Counted from the stretch's first letter, positions 12,424-25,200 are shown. The stretch: DNA of 64,000 nucleotides from Lama guanicoe (GCA_013239625.1 MU053487.1:1633058-1697057); one strand, 5' to 3'. Numbers and translations are program-made. Notes: generated by a model from the letters alone, not told the origin.

Positions 12424-12619
12424 GGCGTATTGCCAATTTTATCAAATAAAAATGCAAGGCATCCCATTAAATTTGAATTTCAGATAAACAACAATAATTT
12501 TTAGTACAAGTATGTTCCAAATATTGCATTAGGACATACTTATTCTGAAAATGTTACTCACTTTTTAAATTTAAAATTGAAATTAAACTGGCTGTCCTAT
12601 ATTTTATCTGGCAACCCTA
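12424..12619. mobile_element. MER53 palindromic hAT MITE
   Basis: ttgcca...aaatttgaatttcagataaacaac...aagtatgttccaaatattgcattaggacatactt...ttttatctggcaacccta follows the MER53 consensus; self-complementary. Confidence 0.85.
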
Positions 12620-13129
12620 ATATATCTATAAATTTAAGAGTAATAGAATTTGCTTAATATTGCACCACGTTCCAGAGCCACTACATGTAACTGCTGCAAA
12701 TAGTATGATGATAGTAAATACCTGAAGAGGAATTAATTGAAAACCACAAGTAGCAACAAAACAGTCACTTGGCAATTCAGGGAACATATTTCAATATATT
12801 TTAAAAAACATTAAATTCACACCCCGAGGATAGATTTGACAAGTTAATTAATTTGTCTTTTCTCTTACCTAAGTGTTTCCTCTGCTCAAATTCTGCCCGC
12901 ATTCCAAAGCAGCATACACCTTCATATTTAGCAGTAAGGCAAGGCATTTTCAAAGTAGTCAAACATAGTTGTCTTCTGTCTCTAGGCCATAGGAAGGAGG
13001 ATTTGCCCTGACAGCTGAGACTTGAAATGCTGCTAGTTTTGAGAGTGGAGGTTAACAGCCATGACTTATGCTTTATCATGCAAAATCCTTCATCCTCAAC
13101 CTCTATTGGACCCATGTATTCTTTAGTAA

Positions 13130-13161
13130 GTGTGTGTGTGTGTGTGCGCACGCGCACGCGT
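13130..13161 (+). repeat. Alternating purine-pyrimidine (TG)n/(CG)/(CA) tract
   Basis: gtgtgtgtgtgtgtgtgcgcacgcgcacgcgt read directly. Confidence 0.9.
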
Positions 13162-13299
13162 TTATGCACGCACACGCTCCTGCATATGTGTGTTCTCATA
13201 AAATCTTGGGCTCTTGAACACCTAGAACCCAGAGCAAACATCCCTCATCCCCACATGTAACATGAATAAATTAGACCTCAGATATACTTCTTTCTCAAT

Positions 13300-13637
13300 A
13301 TCCATGCTCTGACAGTTTCCTAGTCCACTTTGTAGACCCCACTTTAGTCTATGTGACCAGTCCTGGGTGATGGACTGTGAGCAGAACTTTGTGTCATATC
13401 TGTGCCACTTCAGAGCTGGTGTGACATCCTTCAGCTGTCTCCAATCATAGCTGCTGTTGAGGTGGCTGCACAAGACTGTAGGGCTGCCATTTGTGACCAA
13501 GTGGAGAGGAGCCCAGCACTAACCCACATTAGATACAGAGCGAAAACAACAAGAACACTAAACGTTTGTATGAAAAAAGACAAATTTTGGAGGTTTTTTC
13601 TTCCCCCAAAGCATAACCTGGCAAAATTTGAATAATA
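13300..13637 (+). mobile_element. MLT1-family LTR
   Basis: atgtgaccagtcctgggtgatggactgtgagcagaac...tgtgccacttc...gtggagaggagccc...gcataacctggc. Confidence 0.65.
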
Positions 13638-13883
13638 GCAGTTCCGTACTTTAAAGAGCTCTCCATTCCAAGACTATGTATCCAGTTGAATTTTTTGATA
13701 ATAGTAGTATGTGCTTTTTAAATTTACATTTAAATATTTAATCAAGTGAAGTTTTATTTTAGTCTGGCATACAGCATACGTATTTAAGGTTTCATTTGGA
13801 AAAAAAAAACCTGTCCAAAGTTAATTAGATAATCAATATATTTCCTCAGTAACTTCCAATAAAATTTTTATCATACACTAGAT

Positions 13884-14097
13884 CAGGGGTCACAACCATG
13901 TTCTGCATGCCAAATCTGCCTGTTTTTGTTTAAATAGAGTTTTATTAGAACCTGTCCTGCTCATTTGTTTGCACACTGCTGTGATGTGACTGCTTTCCAT
14001 ACTATGGCAGAATTGAGTAGTTGTGACCAAGATCATATTGCCCCAAAGCCTAAAATGTTTACTTTCTGTAACTTCAAAGAAAAATTTGTCTACTTCA
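13884..14097 (+). mobile_element. MER58A-like hAT-Charlie element
   Basis: caggggtc...gccaaatctgcctgtttttg...gttttattagaac...ggcagaattgagtagttgtgac...aaagcctaaaatgtttact. Confidence 0.8.
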
Positions 14098-14149
14098 CTA
14101 AATTTTTGTGGCTATGTGGTGTAAGGTCTTAAATCAAGTCACAGTATTA

Positions 14150-14606
14150 TGTGCCTCCTTGACATCTGGTGAAACCAGGGGAACCTCAAATGGCCAAACC
14201 ACAAGTTCCCCACCCACGGATGCCTCCTGGCCAAACAACCTTCCTTTCTGAAGGTGCCAGGCATGGTTCCTGCCTATACCTGAGGAGGGCATGTCAGTTA
14301 CCTGTCAGTCCGAATTATTCAAACATGCTGATCACGTCTTCCTGAACATACCAGGGGGTACCCCGCGGACTGGCTACTACACAGTCTACCCCCCACAGCC
14401 TTCGGTGGGTCAGCCTTTTCCTGAGTGCAGCCTCAATGTGGCTCACCTGGCACAGTGTTTTCCTCTCCTGAAGAAAGATGTGGACATACATGACTAATAA
14501 ACTGCTTATCTGTTCAGTGATAAGTATTCTCTGCTTGGCCATCCCCATAACTCCAGTGCAGGAGCCCCTCCATCACCAGTGCAGTGAATTGGAAATGATT
14601 AAGACT
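14150..14606 (+). mobile_element. ERVL solo LTR (MER54-like)
   Basis: ggccaaaccacaagttcc...gaattattcaaacatgctgatcac...tgactaataaactgct...ggccatccccataac; AATAAA at 14496-14501. Confidence 0.65.
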
Positions 14607-15229
14607 GATTGTCTCTAGACTTTTTAGTTTCTTCCTTTGCTTTTGTTATAAAACAACGATTATATAATGATTTAACACTGAAAATATGTTTTATATTATT
14701 TTATGATTAGTAAAGATTTTAGGCTTTGGAGGCAATATATTAACATATTCCATTTAAATTCCTCTGGCAAATCTTAGACATTTTTTCTTATAGATAAAAA
14801 TATAGAGTTTTTTTTAATCAGTGAAATCCAATTGAGATTGTAACTGGAATTTCGCACACATAGGCTGCTAGGGAGAATACTGTCATTTAAAAATTTTTTA
14901 AGTACCCTCAAAAATTTTTTAATAATTTAATCTTTTAAGATTATTCTTAAGGTTTTGTCTCAATTCTTTATTTTTAATGCTATTGTCATTAAGTATTTGT
15001 GTTTCTTTAAAAAAATTTTAAATAGGTAATCACTTGTATGTGAGGAAGCTATTTAACTTTGTCTTTTTTATTTGTAAATGAACTTTTTAGTTAACTTTTA
15101 TTAACTGTGTCAGGAGGATATTCCATATAAAAAAGTGCTTGCAGAGAATTTTCATTTCACTCACAGTATCATGTAGAGCAACACCCTTTGAGTACACTGC
15201 TTTAAAACCCCGGTGCTTGCTGCCATTTT

Positions 15230-15880
15230 CCACAAGCCTCAGGTCATGTTCTGTTTCATTTTTAATTCACAGTCTTAGAATTTGACCCTATTGGAGAGCT
15301 GCCTGTGTGGCCATGTTAATCTCTACTAACTTTTATTTGTCAGTGAAATAGTTTGGAGTTTTCCATTCTTTGGATTCATTCAACATTCTTTAACAGATTT
15401 TCCTTTTAGCCACTCAGGCTCCAGAGGTTGTACCCATTGTATTTCTGAATTTTTTCATGTCTGTCTTCATGAAGTCTAGAGAATACTTTTTACTACCCAG
15501 TTTGCCATCTTCCAAGGCTGCTGTAATATCCTCTTTGTTAACTCCTTCCCCCTAGTGCATGGAATCACACCTGAAATAGTTTTTCAACTTCTTAAGGGAT
15601 GAACTTGTGAGCCAGCCACATTAAGAACTTATCAGGTACACTGCTTTTAGGCAAATGAGACTCTGAGCAATAGAAACGGTGTTTGAGATTCCCCGTGACT
15701 GAATCTGAATCTTCTCCTTGTGTCAGTCTTATTAATCAACACGGGAGCCCAGCATCCATCTGGCTGAATGGTCACTCAGCGATCTCACTGTCTATTCCCT
15801 CCTACATGTTTTCTAACCTGGTTCAGAAATCACTTAGCAGGTTTATATATCTTTTTGGCTCACAGCACTATTCTCCTACT
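15230..15880 (-). mobile_element. CR1/L3 LINE ORF2 fossil (endonuclease and linker region)
   Basis: The minus strand has ctaaaagcagtgtacctgataagttcttaatgtggctggctcacaagttcatc (about SAKS..SDKFL..LAD.FI) and ctagacttcatgaagacagacatgaaaaaattcagaaa (about LDF.KADF.KFR), both CR1-type motifs. Confidence 0.65.
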
Positions 15881-17329
15881 CCTAATAAACCTGTAGATCT
15901 GGACGAGTTTTACTCTTTTATTGTTTAATTTTTTTCCTTTCATGACCGCTTTTCTGCCATAACTAAGCACCACATAGGAGATCATATTTATTATGCAGTG
16001 TTCTTATGTATTACTCACGTTCATCTGTCTACACTCTCCCTGATAATGCTGCCAGTATTGTCCATCCAATCAGAACCTTCTGCTCCTGGCTACCTTTTAT
16101 TTAATAACCCCTCAGTTTAGGTTAGAAACTTCCTGTGTTCTCTAGTAAATAGGACAGGTTGTTCCGAATTTTTTTTACAAATTTTCTGTGACATATGCCA
16201 AAATTTTTTCATATGGGTGGAACATCCCCAAGTAAAATGTTTAAATATTTCGATATACCTTCTTACCTTCTACTCAAGTAAGTTCATTAGAATGCAAGTA
16301 TTTTGAATGGCATTGTTAGAGAAATGACACTGATTTTAATTTATTTTGAAAGTAACTGGCAAAATTTGATATTACAATATTAGTAGTAACAAATTGAGAC
16401 ACACTTCACAACTGATTACAATATTCCAGTGTATTGAACTATGGTTAATAACCATTGAGCACAAAAACAAAACAAATAAAAATTCTTAAACATTTTTATC
16501 TTAATCAGAGAGACTAGCTTATATTTTATCCATCCTATATTGGTGAATAGATCCAGTGGGAAGATGTACAAAACACTTCAAAAGGTCCTGAGAGATGGTT
16601 CCTCTATATATACATACAGTTAGTGAGAGGGTTTAGTGTCTGCTGTCTTCTAAGACTGAGAGCTGGTGAGATAAGTTCCTTTTCTTCTATTCTTGACAAA
16701 GTGTATTCCCTAAAATCTATCCCAGGTGGACATCTTGAAAAATATATATACTTGTGTTTCAGAGAGAAAGATAACAGCATTCAGATTTCATCAGAAAAAA
16801 TGAGGCATGTAGTAAGTCTAGAAACGAAAGTGAAGACAGCAGTCTATAATGTACCGCAGTCTACTCAACACCAGTTTTAGTTTCCTTTTCCCGTAGAAGA
16901 TGGAAAGGAACCATGTGAATGCCTAGGCTCCCTTAACCTAAACGCAATAATGAGTCATCATTTTTGACAATGGGGTATATGCAGAAGAACCTGGGCATGG
17001 GTTTCCCCATCCTCAGAAGCAGAGTTTTATGAGTGATCTTTTCTTCTTTCTCTTCCAAGTTTCCTCTTATTTCCTGGAACTCAGAACACTGAGACCTGCT
17101 TCCTGTATTGCTGACTAAATTCCTAGCAGACAAAATGTCTCTCAGATAATAAAAATAATTTATGGGGAATAAAAAGCAGATTTTGGAAGGGAATTGATTC
17201 TTGTATTAAAGAACTAGCATGACTTAAGTTAAATATTTTTTTATGGCTTGCAGTTTGAGGTCAATCAAAAGTCAGCCATGTATGGCAACTAAAATTCTAA
17301 ATAAAATGAAACAAAAAACACGGTTAAAA

Positions 17330-17965
17330 TTCTGAAGGACCAATGCAAAGTAAAGGGAGATTTCTGGAAAGAACAGATCCTTTCCAGAAAGAGCAAGCCC
17401 CAAATTCTGTCTATAAACTCTTCTAGTATCTCCGGCTGATCCCTGAACCACACATGCCCTAAATAGACTGTATGAAATTAAAGAGAAAGAAAAAAAGATC
17501 TGAGATTTCAGCTGCTGACTTAAATATTGAATGTGCAGTTTGAGCACACTGCTAGTGTCAATCACCTGCTAAAACAAAGCTTAAAAGCTTTATCATCTGC
17601 TAAAACAAAAATATCAACACTCTTTATTGAATCAAAACAGAACATAGAATCTTCACGGTGTAACATTCACATGATACGATACAAAATTGATTGACATACA
17701 AACATACAGAAAAATGTTACTTATTCTCAAGAGAGAGAAAAAAAGAGTCAATGAAAGCCAACCTCCAAATAGCCCTGATTTTGGAATTAGTAAAAAACTT
17801 GAAAGCAGCTATTAGAACCAAGCTGAATGAGCTAAAGGAGCATATACTTGTAATGAATAAAAATATAGGAATACTCATGAAGAAATAGAAACTATAAAAG
17901 AATAAAAAGGAAAGTCTAGAACTGAAAATTATAACATCTGATATTTAAAAAAAAATCACTGGGAA
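17330..17965 (+). mobile_element. Old L1 (L1MC/ME-type) 5' region and start of ORF1
   Basis: gcaagccccaaattctgtctataaactct...; ORF 17691..17888 (..LELVKNLKAAIRTKLNELKE..) resembles the ORF1 N-terminus. Confidence 0.7.
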
Positions 17966-18099
17966 AATTTGCTTTCAGTTAGCTAAAGAGAGTATGTTTT
18001 GTTTCTGGGTGAATTTAAGACTATGTAAGAAATGAGTTTGTGTTGAATTTAACACTCAGATAAAATAAGCTACAGAGCTATCAACAAAACATGCCAGAA

Positions 18100-18480
18100 A
18101 TTTTAATGTGTATGTGTGTGTGTTAATTATATATATGTAACATATATTTATTATATTTGTATATCTTTTCTATGTTATATTTTATTATATACTTCTTAAA
18201 ACATGCATTGGTGGGTGAATATATGTGTGTGTATATATACACACATATTAGTATACAACATATACGTTCATTGTATTATATGATATCTATGTATACATAC
18301 ACATGCATATGCATGTTTTAAGAAGCAGACTAGCACAGCTAAAAAGAAAATTTTTGAAGCTAGGTATGCATGCTACTAAAAAACTGCTGAAATATTTTCA
18401 TATATATTATATATGATGTATGCTATAACATAATAGAATACACAATATATTATAAATGTGTGCATGTGTAAACAAAAGAT
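18100..18480. repeat. TA/CA-rich low-complexity region
   Basis: Degenerate (TA)n/(TG)n read directly. Confidence 0.8.
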
Positions 18481-19099
18481 ATATGAATTTTTGCCTTTAA
18501 CCTGGTTTCCATACACCAACCAAAAAAAAATTACAAGGGTAAATTGTCAAAAACAAAGTATGTTTTATTATGTTAATTCAAGTGATAGTGTTATATAGAT
18601 CTTTTGGGGAAAGAGTGATTTATGAGCCTCTTGGTCTTTGCTAATAAAAACTTAAAAAAAAAAAAGACATGCAGGTAATTTTACTATGGCATACTAAATA
18701 CATGCTGAAGCCTCTTCCTTCTGGCCTAAGTCCACAAAAATGACAAAACTGCATAAGGAAACTAAGAAGGGGTGTCATTAATCTGTTAGTACTTAGGAAA
18801 AAGGAAATACAGATGGAAGAGGGAATTAAATTAAGGAAGTTATCCAAGTCCTTTACTAAAAAAGTAAGGAAGAGTTTCAAAGGGGTTTCAGTGTCAAACG
18901 TGGTAGCTTTCTAATGTTAGCATAAGGTCAGCAGCAACTGAAAAGGTGGCAGCTTGCAGGACCACAGTTGGGTCCCTGGTTTGATACTGACATTATGGAT
19001 CCACCCATGCACCTTCCCTCTCCCTTTTTTTAAAGGTTGTATAAGGAAAGAAATAAAAGGTACATGACTATAGCAGCCAAGAATATGTTTTTAATGTGT

Positions 19100-20355
19100 G
19101 GGAGAATGAAATGCACAACTATATACTAATAATCTGAACATGTGGAAGAAAAGTAAAAATTTTCTTGGAAAGAATAGTTAAAATTTTAGCACAAGAAGAA
19201 CTAGAAAACCAGAATGACAGAAATCATAGCTGAAATTGAAATGTATCCTTAAGTTCTACCTTGTACCAAGCCATCAAACTCAGACTTTTAAGATAGATAG
19301 TTCTTCTTTTTATTTAGACATTTCTGGAAGATCAAAAATCATGGGAATTCAATTGTGCATGAACTATACGATTTTAATTATGCCTCTAATACCTGACATA
19401 GATAAGAACAACTCAACAATGGAAAACTATATGTCAGTCTAATTCAGGCACATGTAATAGAATGCTGGAAAATTAACAGAATAGAAATTATATATATATA
19501 TACACACACACACACGTATTCTATATATATGGTCATTGAACTAATATTAAAAAATCAACAGGTAGTTTAAGAAGAATAATAAACATACTGTTAAAAATGG
19601 CAAAACTAGATATGAAGAAATCATACAGAAATCTGCGTAAAGATAATAAAATTTTGTGGAGAGAAAAGCTATAGCTCCATCTTATATGAGTCACAGAAAA
19701 AGAATTTTTAAAAAGGCAATAATAAAAATGAAACAGAATATGTTGATTTTTTTTAAAACTCATATTTTTGGAGGAACTAATACAAAAAATGCTGGCAATA
19801 TGATTTTAAAAGTCGGTAAGAGATGCTATAATTAAACAACTTTAGACATTAATGCAGCCATAATTCGAAATAATACAGATGTATACTGAGGGACATTAAA
19901 AAAACAACTGAAAAATAGAAGAGATTCACCATAGTCACACTTGGAAAGACAAAGCAAAGATGGTAATTCTCTTTGAATCAGTCTATAAATTCACTGCAAT
20001 TCCAATGAAAGTAGCAATAAAGCATTTATTGTATTTTCCAGGCTATTTGTAAAATTCAAATGAAAGACCGAAAGTACAGTTAAAAACTATAGCGAGGACA
20101 ATTATTTAAAAGGATTCTCAACATGAAAAGATAAATATGTGAGGTATTAGATATGTTAACTAGATGATGAGAATCCTTTCACCATGTATACATATATCAA
20201 ATCACCACAGCGAACACTTTAAATATCTTACTTGTGTTTGTCAGTTACACCTCAATAAAACTGGGGGGAAAAAAAAGGAAGAGTGGGCTCTTGACTGGAA
20301 GGCATCAAGCCTTAATATAACACATCGGTGATTAGAACAGTGTGATATTGGTTGG
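19100..20355 (+). mobile_element. Old L1 ORF2 fragments, host of the nested L1 below
   Basis: A-rich, with ctataaattcactgcaattccaatgaaa, aaaattcaaatgaaa and acagtgtgatattgg, typical of L1 ORF2. Confidence 0.6.
20115..20278 (+). mobile_element. L1MA/MB-type 3' end nested in the older L1
   Basis: atgtgaggtattagatatgttaactag...atacatatatcaaatcacc...acacctcaataaaactgggggg followed by poly(A); aaaagga lies on both sides. Confidence 0.8.
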
Positions 20356-20369
20356 ATGAAAACTTAGTA

Positions 20370-20510
20370 CTATCAGTTCATTTTTAGAAATTTAAAAATA
20401 AAAATGACTGAGGCTTTAAGGTAGAAATGACTTACTCAAATCTCATAGTGGTGTGGTTGATTCAGGACCAAATTTTTGACCTCATGAAACCCAGTTCTTG
20501 ACCTCTGTTC
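20370..20510 (-). mobile_element. MIR
   Basis: aaatgactgaggctttaaggtagaaatgacttactcaaatctcatag...attcaggacc. Confidence 0.5.
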
Positions 20511-20559
20511 CCTGCAGTATGTGTTGCACCTGCTGTTTCACTAGCAGAGTTTATAAATC

Positions 20560-20950
20560 AGGGAATCTAGGTTGTGTTCTGGTAAGAGAAATTCAGAGGC
20601 TTTAGACTCTATATCTATATCTGTATCTATATCTATATAGATATAGATACATTCTTGCTTACTTTGTCTGATATGGGTCCTTACTGAAATCTACTCCACA
20701 CAGTCACTCAGGGACCTAGTCTGATGGAGGCTCCATCCTCATGGAGATGGACTGTAGGACATCTGCCTTCCCCTGTGGCTGTGGGGAGCCAAGGAGAACC
20801 AAGGATTGCAGAGGCTTCTTAGTGCCTCAGCCAAAAGTGGTACACACAGTGCCATTCACATACCACTGGGGAGAATTTGTGTCTGAGCCCCACTTGACCA
20901 CAAGAAGGTGTGTGGGGTCCTCTGTGACCAGGGAGGAAAGAACTGGACGT
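20560..20950 (-). mobile_element. MLT1-family LTR
   Basis: cagtcactcagggacctagtctgatggaggctccatc...ccaaaagtggtacacacag...ccccacttgaccacaag. Confidence 0.6.
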
Positions 20951-22248
20951 AGTGAGTCCTGGCTTATAACTGCGTGTGGTGACGTGGAAGTAACTGAATT
21001 GTTAGGCTGATGATTCTTATCTGATTACCATTTTTAAACATATTCCTGACTACCTGTGTCTGTACCTTCATCCTGAGAGTTGAAGGATAAATATGTAGTA
21101 GTGTATGTCCAGTCAGTGGCTTTGGCTCTGTGTGGTTGAAATGATCAGCAAAAGGAGGATCCAAACAATGGTTTGGAGGCTTGTTCGTGGTTCTTAGGGA
21201 TCTGCTTTATTTCTTGAGTTAAGGAGGCTAGAGTTCTAGTTCACTAATCATCTGTAACTTCTTGGCCTGAAAGGGTTTACTCAGTTTCCTCAAATATTTA
21301 CCGTTTTTCATAGGAAATAAAGGTAGTATCTGTGTTAAGGGAAAAGTCTGAAGCAAAAAGATAGTAAACTCACAGAATTTTTATAATTCTCTTCCAATAG
21401 TAAAAGTTTTGCCTTAATTTAATACAATTCAATTAAAAATAGACGCATATGAATGTTTTATATGCTTTTAATGGTATATTAATTTTTTATTCTATATAGT
21501 TTATATCAGAAAGGCAAAGGTCAATCAACTCTTTACTAAAGATTAGTAATCAAAGTGAAAGATATTCTGAAACTAATACAGCGTCTTCAAATGTAGCCTT
21601 ATGCCAAAAATGTGAAATAAAGTTTCATTTGATGAGCAATTCAATGTAAAGATTTACCCTAAAAGGATAATCCTCTGATTTGGAAACTAGGCCCTTCAAT
21701 AACTTTCACTTACATGTAACACATGCAGGTGTTATATTTAATAGGCTACTCTGCTGTCCTTAATATGTTGATATAGTCAATGTTGTGGAAATAATCCCCA
21801 AGACTTACTCTGAAGGAGAGAACAGGGAGCAGATTATAAAATAACATGCATTTTTACAATCCATTTCTGCAAAATACACCTATGTATTTATGGAGATATA
21901 TGCACAGATTAGCTAAGCACATAAGTGATGGCTGTTGGGGTGGTGGTATTTTGGGAGATTTTAATTTCGTTCCTTTTTAATTTCGATTCCCACATCCTTT
22001 TTTTGTTTTTTAACAATAAGTCTCTCTAGATTTTACAAATGTACATTTATTTTCAAAATAAAAAAAATCCTTTAGAGAGTAACTTTGGAGAACAAATTGT
22101 ACATTTGTGTAGGATTACAAATCTGCATATTGTTCTTCTTTAGATGCTGGATTTGGCCGGCAACTGGGTTTCCAGTAAGATCATAGAAATACTGAATTTT
22201 CAAATAGTCATTGAAATATTAACACTGTGGATATGTTTTCCCTTTTAA

Positions 22249-22280
22249 GCACACACATACGCGTGCGCACACACACACAC
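22249..22280 (+). repeat. 32-bp alternating purine-pyrimidine tract
   Basis: gcacacacatacgcgtgcgcacacacacacac read directly. Confidence 0.9.
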
Positions 22281-25200
22281 CATTTTAAGTTATGAAGAAC
22301 AGCTAAAAATGCAAATGTCCTATACTTCATTAGAGGTGCATGGTAGCTGTTTTATTCTAGTGGCTAATACATAGACCTTTTACTGTTACCTCACTGTGGA
22401 GAAGCCAAATACATTATCCTAGTTCTGAATAACTTGGTAACCTTTCTCTTCCTTTATGTGGAAAAGGGAGCAGTGTTCATTGTGGAGGAAGATGCTATAT
22501 CTCAGGACCAGGAATGTAAAACTAGGGGCAGGCTCACCCCAGCATGTTGGCAAACATTAGGTTATGCTCTGTATCATGCCTCGCGTTTCAAGTGGAAACC
22601 TTTTTCTCTCTTCTTCCCAAACATGTCCCTCAGGCTTCAGCTTCATTTCTGTTTTCAATTCTGGGCTCAGTTTTTTAAAAATCAGAAACATCTTTAGTGG
22701 CTTCCATAGGAAGTTGCAAACACTTCATGCTGAAGGAGGTCCTGGAGGGCAGTGCTGGCCCCAGCCAGGTAGAGAGACCGCTGGATATACTGCCCACACA
22801 CCTGCTCTACCGTCAGAAAGAGTCCCTGCATCTGTGTCCTGCTGTCTGCCACACCCTCCTCAGCCAGGCCACAGCTCCCTCAGGGCAGTGAATACAGAGA
22901 AGGAAGAAGCACAATGCTCTGGGGACCAGGGCAGCCCCCCACCTCCCCGCCCCAGTACTAAAGTTGTGTCTAAATGCTGGTATTTCTACCCCAAGAGATG
23001 CTGCAAAGAAATATACAGTGTGGTCAACAGCCGTTCTTGTCTTTTGATGCTCATTTGACAGTGACAGGTTTCCTAAACTTCTCTTTAGCTGTTTCTTCCT
23101 GTTTCTTCTGTTTGCCCTTCCTCTGATTTAGCTGCATCTCCATCAAAACACTACAGGCATTCATTTTTGAGGAAATTTCTGGGTTTGCACTCTAAGCAAA
23201 GCATCACTGTGTGTATATTCCGGCCAGTGTTCATTTATGGTCTGCCGGTGAGAACACCGAGGGTTCGTGGAGATCATTTTCTTCCACTGCACCCAGCAGA
23301 CTACAGAGGAAGCATGGCTGCCCGTCAAGGGATCTGTGCCATGGGAACATTTGGTTTCTAGTCTCCCAAGTCCTCTTTGTTTTTGATCGTGACATTTCTT
23401 CGTTCTCAGATGCATACGTGATGTAACATTCTTTGTTGATGTTCTGAAATGTGTTTTAGAGTTATTTTGGCTTCACACAAAATAAGAAGGGGAACTAAAC
23501 TTTTCTGGTTAAAATGTGACTCTTTTCTCCCCGTCCTCCCCATCTTATCCCCCTGCGTTTCTGTACCAGGCATATTTGAAGGGCTTTATACCCAAGCCTG
23601 GGATTTAATAGACGCTAGACTGTTTTGCTGGAAACAGGGCAAATGAGAAGTCTCTCTAGGGGGCTTGTGGGCCTTTGTTTTGGTGGGGGAGAATGCCCTA
23701 AAGGGGAGTTCCTAGCAGCCTAATTGTGGAGGAATGATGGAAGTTCAGCAGCATGGAAATTGTCCTTCTTGCTTCAGCTGAAAAGGTGCTTATAGAGGTA
23801 GCTGGGCTATTTTAGCAATTTGCCTTATTTTGAAAATCCAATTTGAAAGCTTCATTAAAAGGGCACTAATTGAGTGTCTTCAGGGAATATGTGTTTAAAG
23901 GAGCTGGTCGACAATCTGAGATGTTTGCCAGTGTGGATGGAGGTGAGCTCAACTCCCCAGGCTAGGGGTTACCTGTTTACACGTATGCCCTTTCATTTCA
24001 AACATGATAACAAATACATTCAAAAGCATCCTGACCAAGAGAGTAACAGCACAGGCTGCTTTGCCCCCACGACCACTACCACCCACCCCTAAAGGTAGGA
24101 TGCTCTCAGCACGGAAACACCTCTGCTGTGGGCATCATAGTTGTCATCCAGAAGGTCCAGTAAGGTAGACGCACTGTTAGTGAGTTTAGTGGCAGTTAAT
24201 ATGTAACAGGCCAAGGGCCTTAAGGAATAGTAGCTGTTTCAGATTCTTCAAGGAAATGCAAATCCTTTCTGAATGCCTGGAAGAGTGACTTACTGCTCAC
24301 TGCCTGCCTAATAGTCCCAGAAGTATATTTCAGTCCCACATTGGGACCCAAAAGTTAAAATTGGAGAGCTGAATGCTAATGATCTACATGGCCTCAAATC
24401 AACCTGAACCTTCTCTAGTTCCTAATTTGTTGACTAAATATTACGAGAAAAGGTAGAAAAAATTAGCTGAATTAAATTGTTACTCTTCTCTGGGATGCTG
24501 TCCTTTTTAAATAAAGGTTAAAGTCTGAGAAATTGCATTAAGTTTCATCATCAGGCTTGTCTATGCACTGTAAAGATACTGAAACCTTCTGTCTTGTTCT
24601 TACATAATCACTGGAGTTAGTAGTTTGAGTTCTGATTGAGTTCCGCTCCCCCCCCATTCAATGGTTATAAGTTCTAATCCAGTTTATAGGATCAAGTTCG
24701 TGTGTGTGTGTGCTTTCACAGTGAAATCTGATTCTAGGGAAGACTGTTAAGAACAAGCTGTTAAGGTTTACTGCTAGTGGAGTATTCATCCATCCATTCA
24801 GGAGATGCCTAGGTGTAGTCCTGTCAAGAGAGAAAATCAAGTACACTGACCCTATCTCCATGCAGTCCCAATTGTATGAATTTAAGACAGAGCGCAACCT
24901 GGTACACAAATTTGCATGACTTGAGATGAAGGAAAAGAAAGAGAATTAGAAATACTTCTTATGAATTTTCCCGTGAATCCCATATGGCTGGAAGGAGGGG
25001 AGAAATTCCTGTCAAAATGCTTTTGGAGAGGACCGAGTAGAAATGCTCAAAAAATAGATCAACATAAGGGTCTTGAATGCTTTCAGTTCATTTGCTGAAA
25101 CCTCACACAGCAGATTTATCCTTATTCCAGCACGAGCTGATCCCTAAGGGAGACAATTTCTAATATTTGGGAAATAATGATCTATTCATCAAAGACCAGT

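Noticed and set aside
22434..23058. 164-aa ORF and neighbours upstream of the island
   Set aside because: No domain resemblance or exon structure; consistent with chance.
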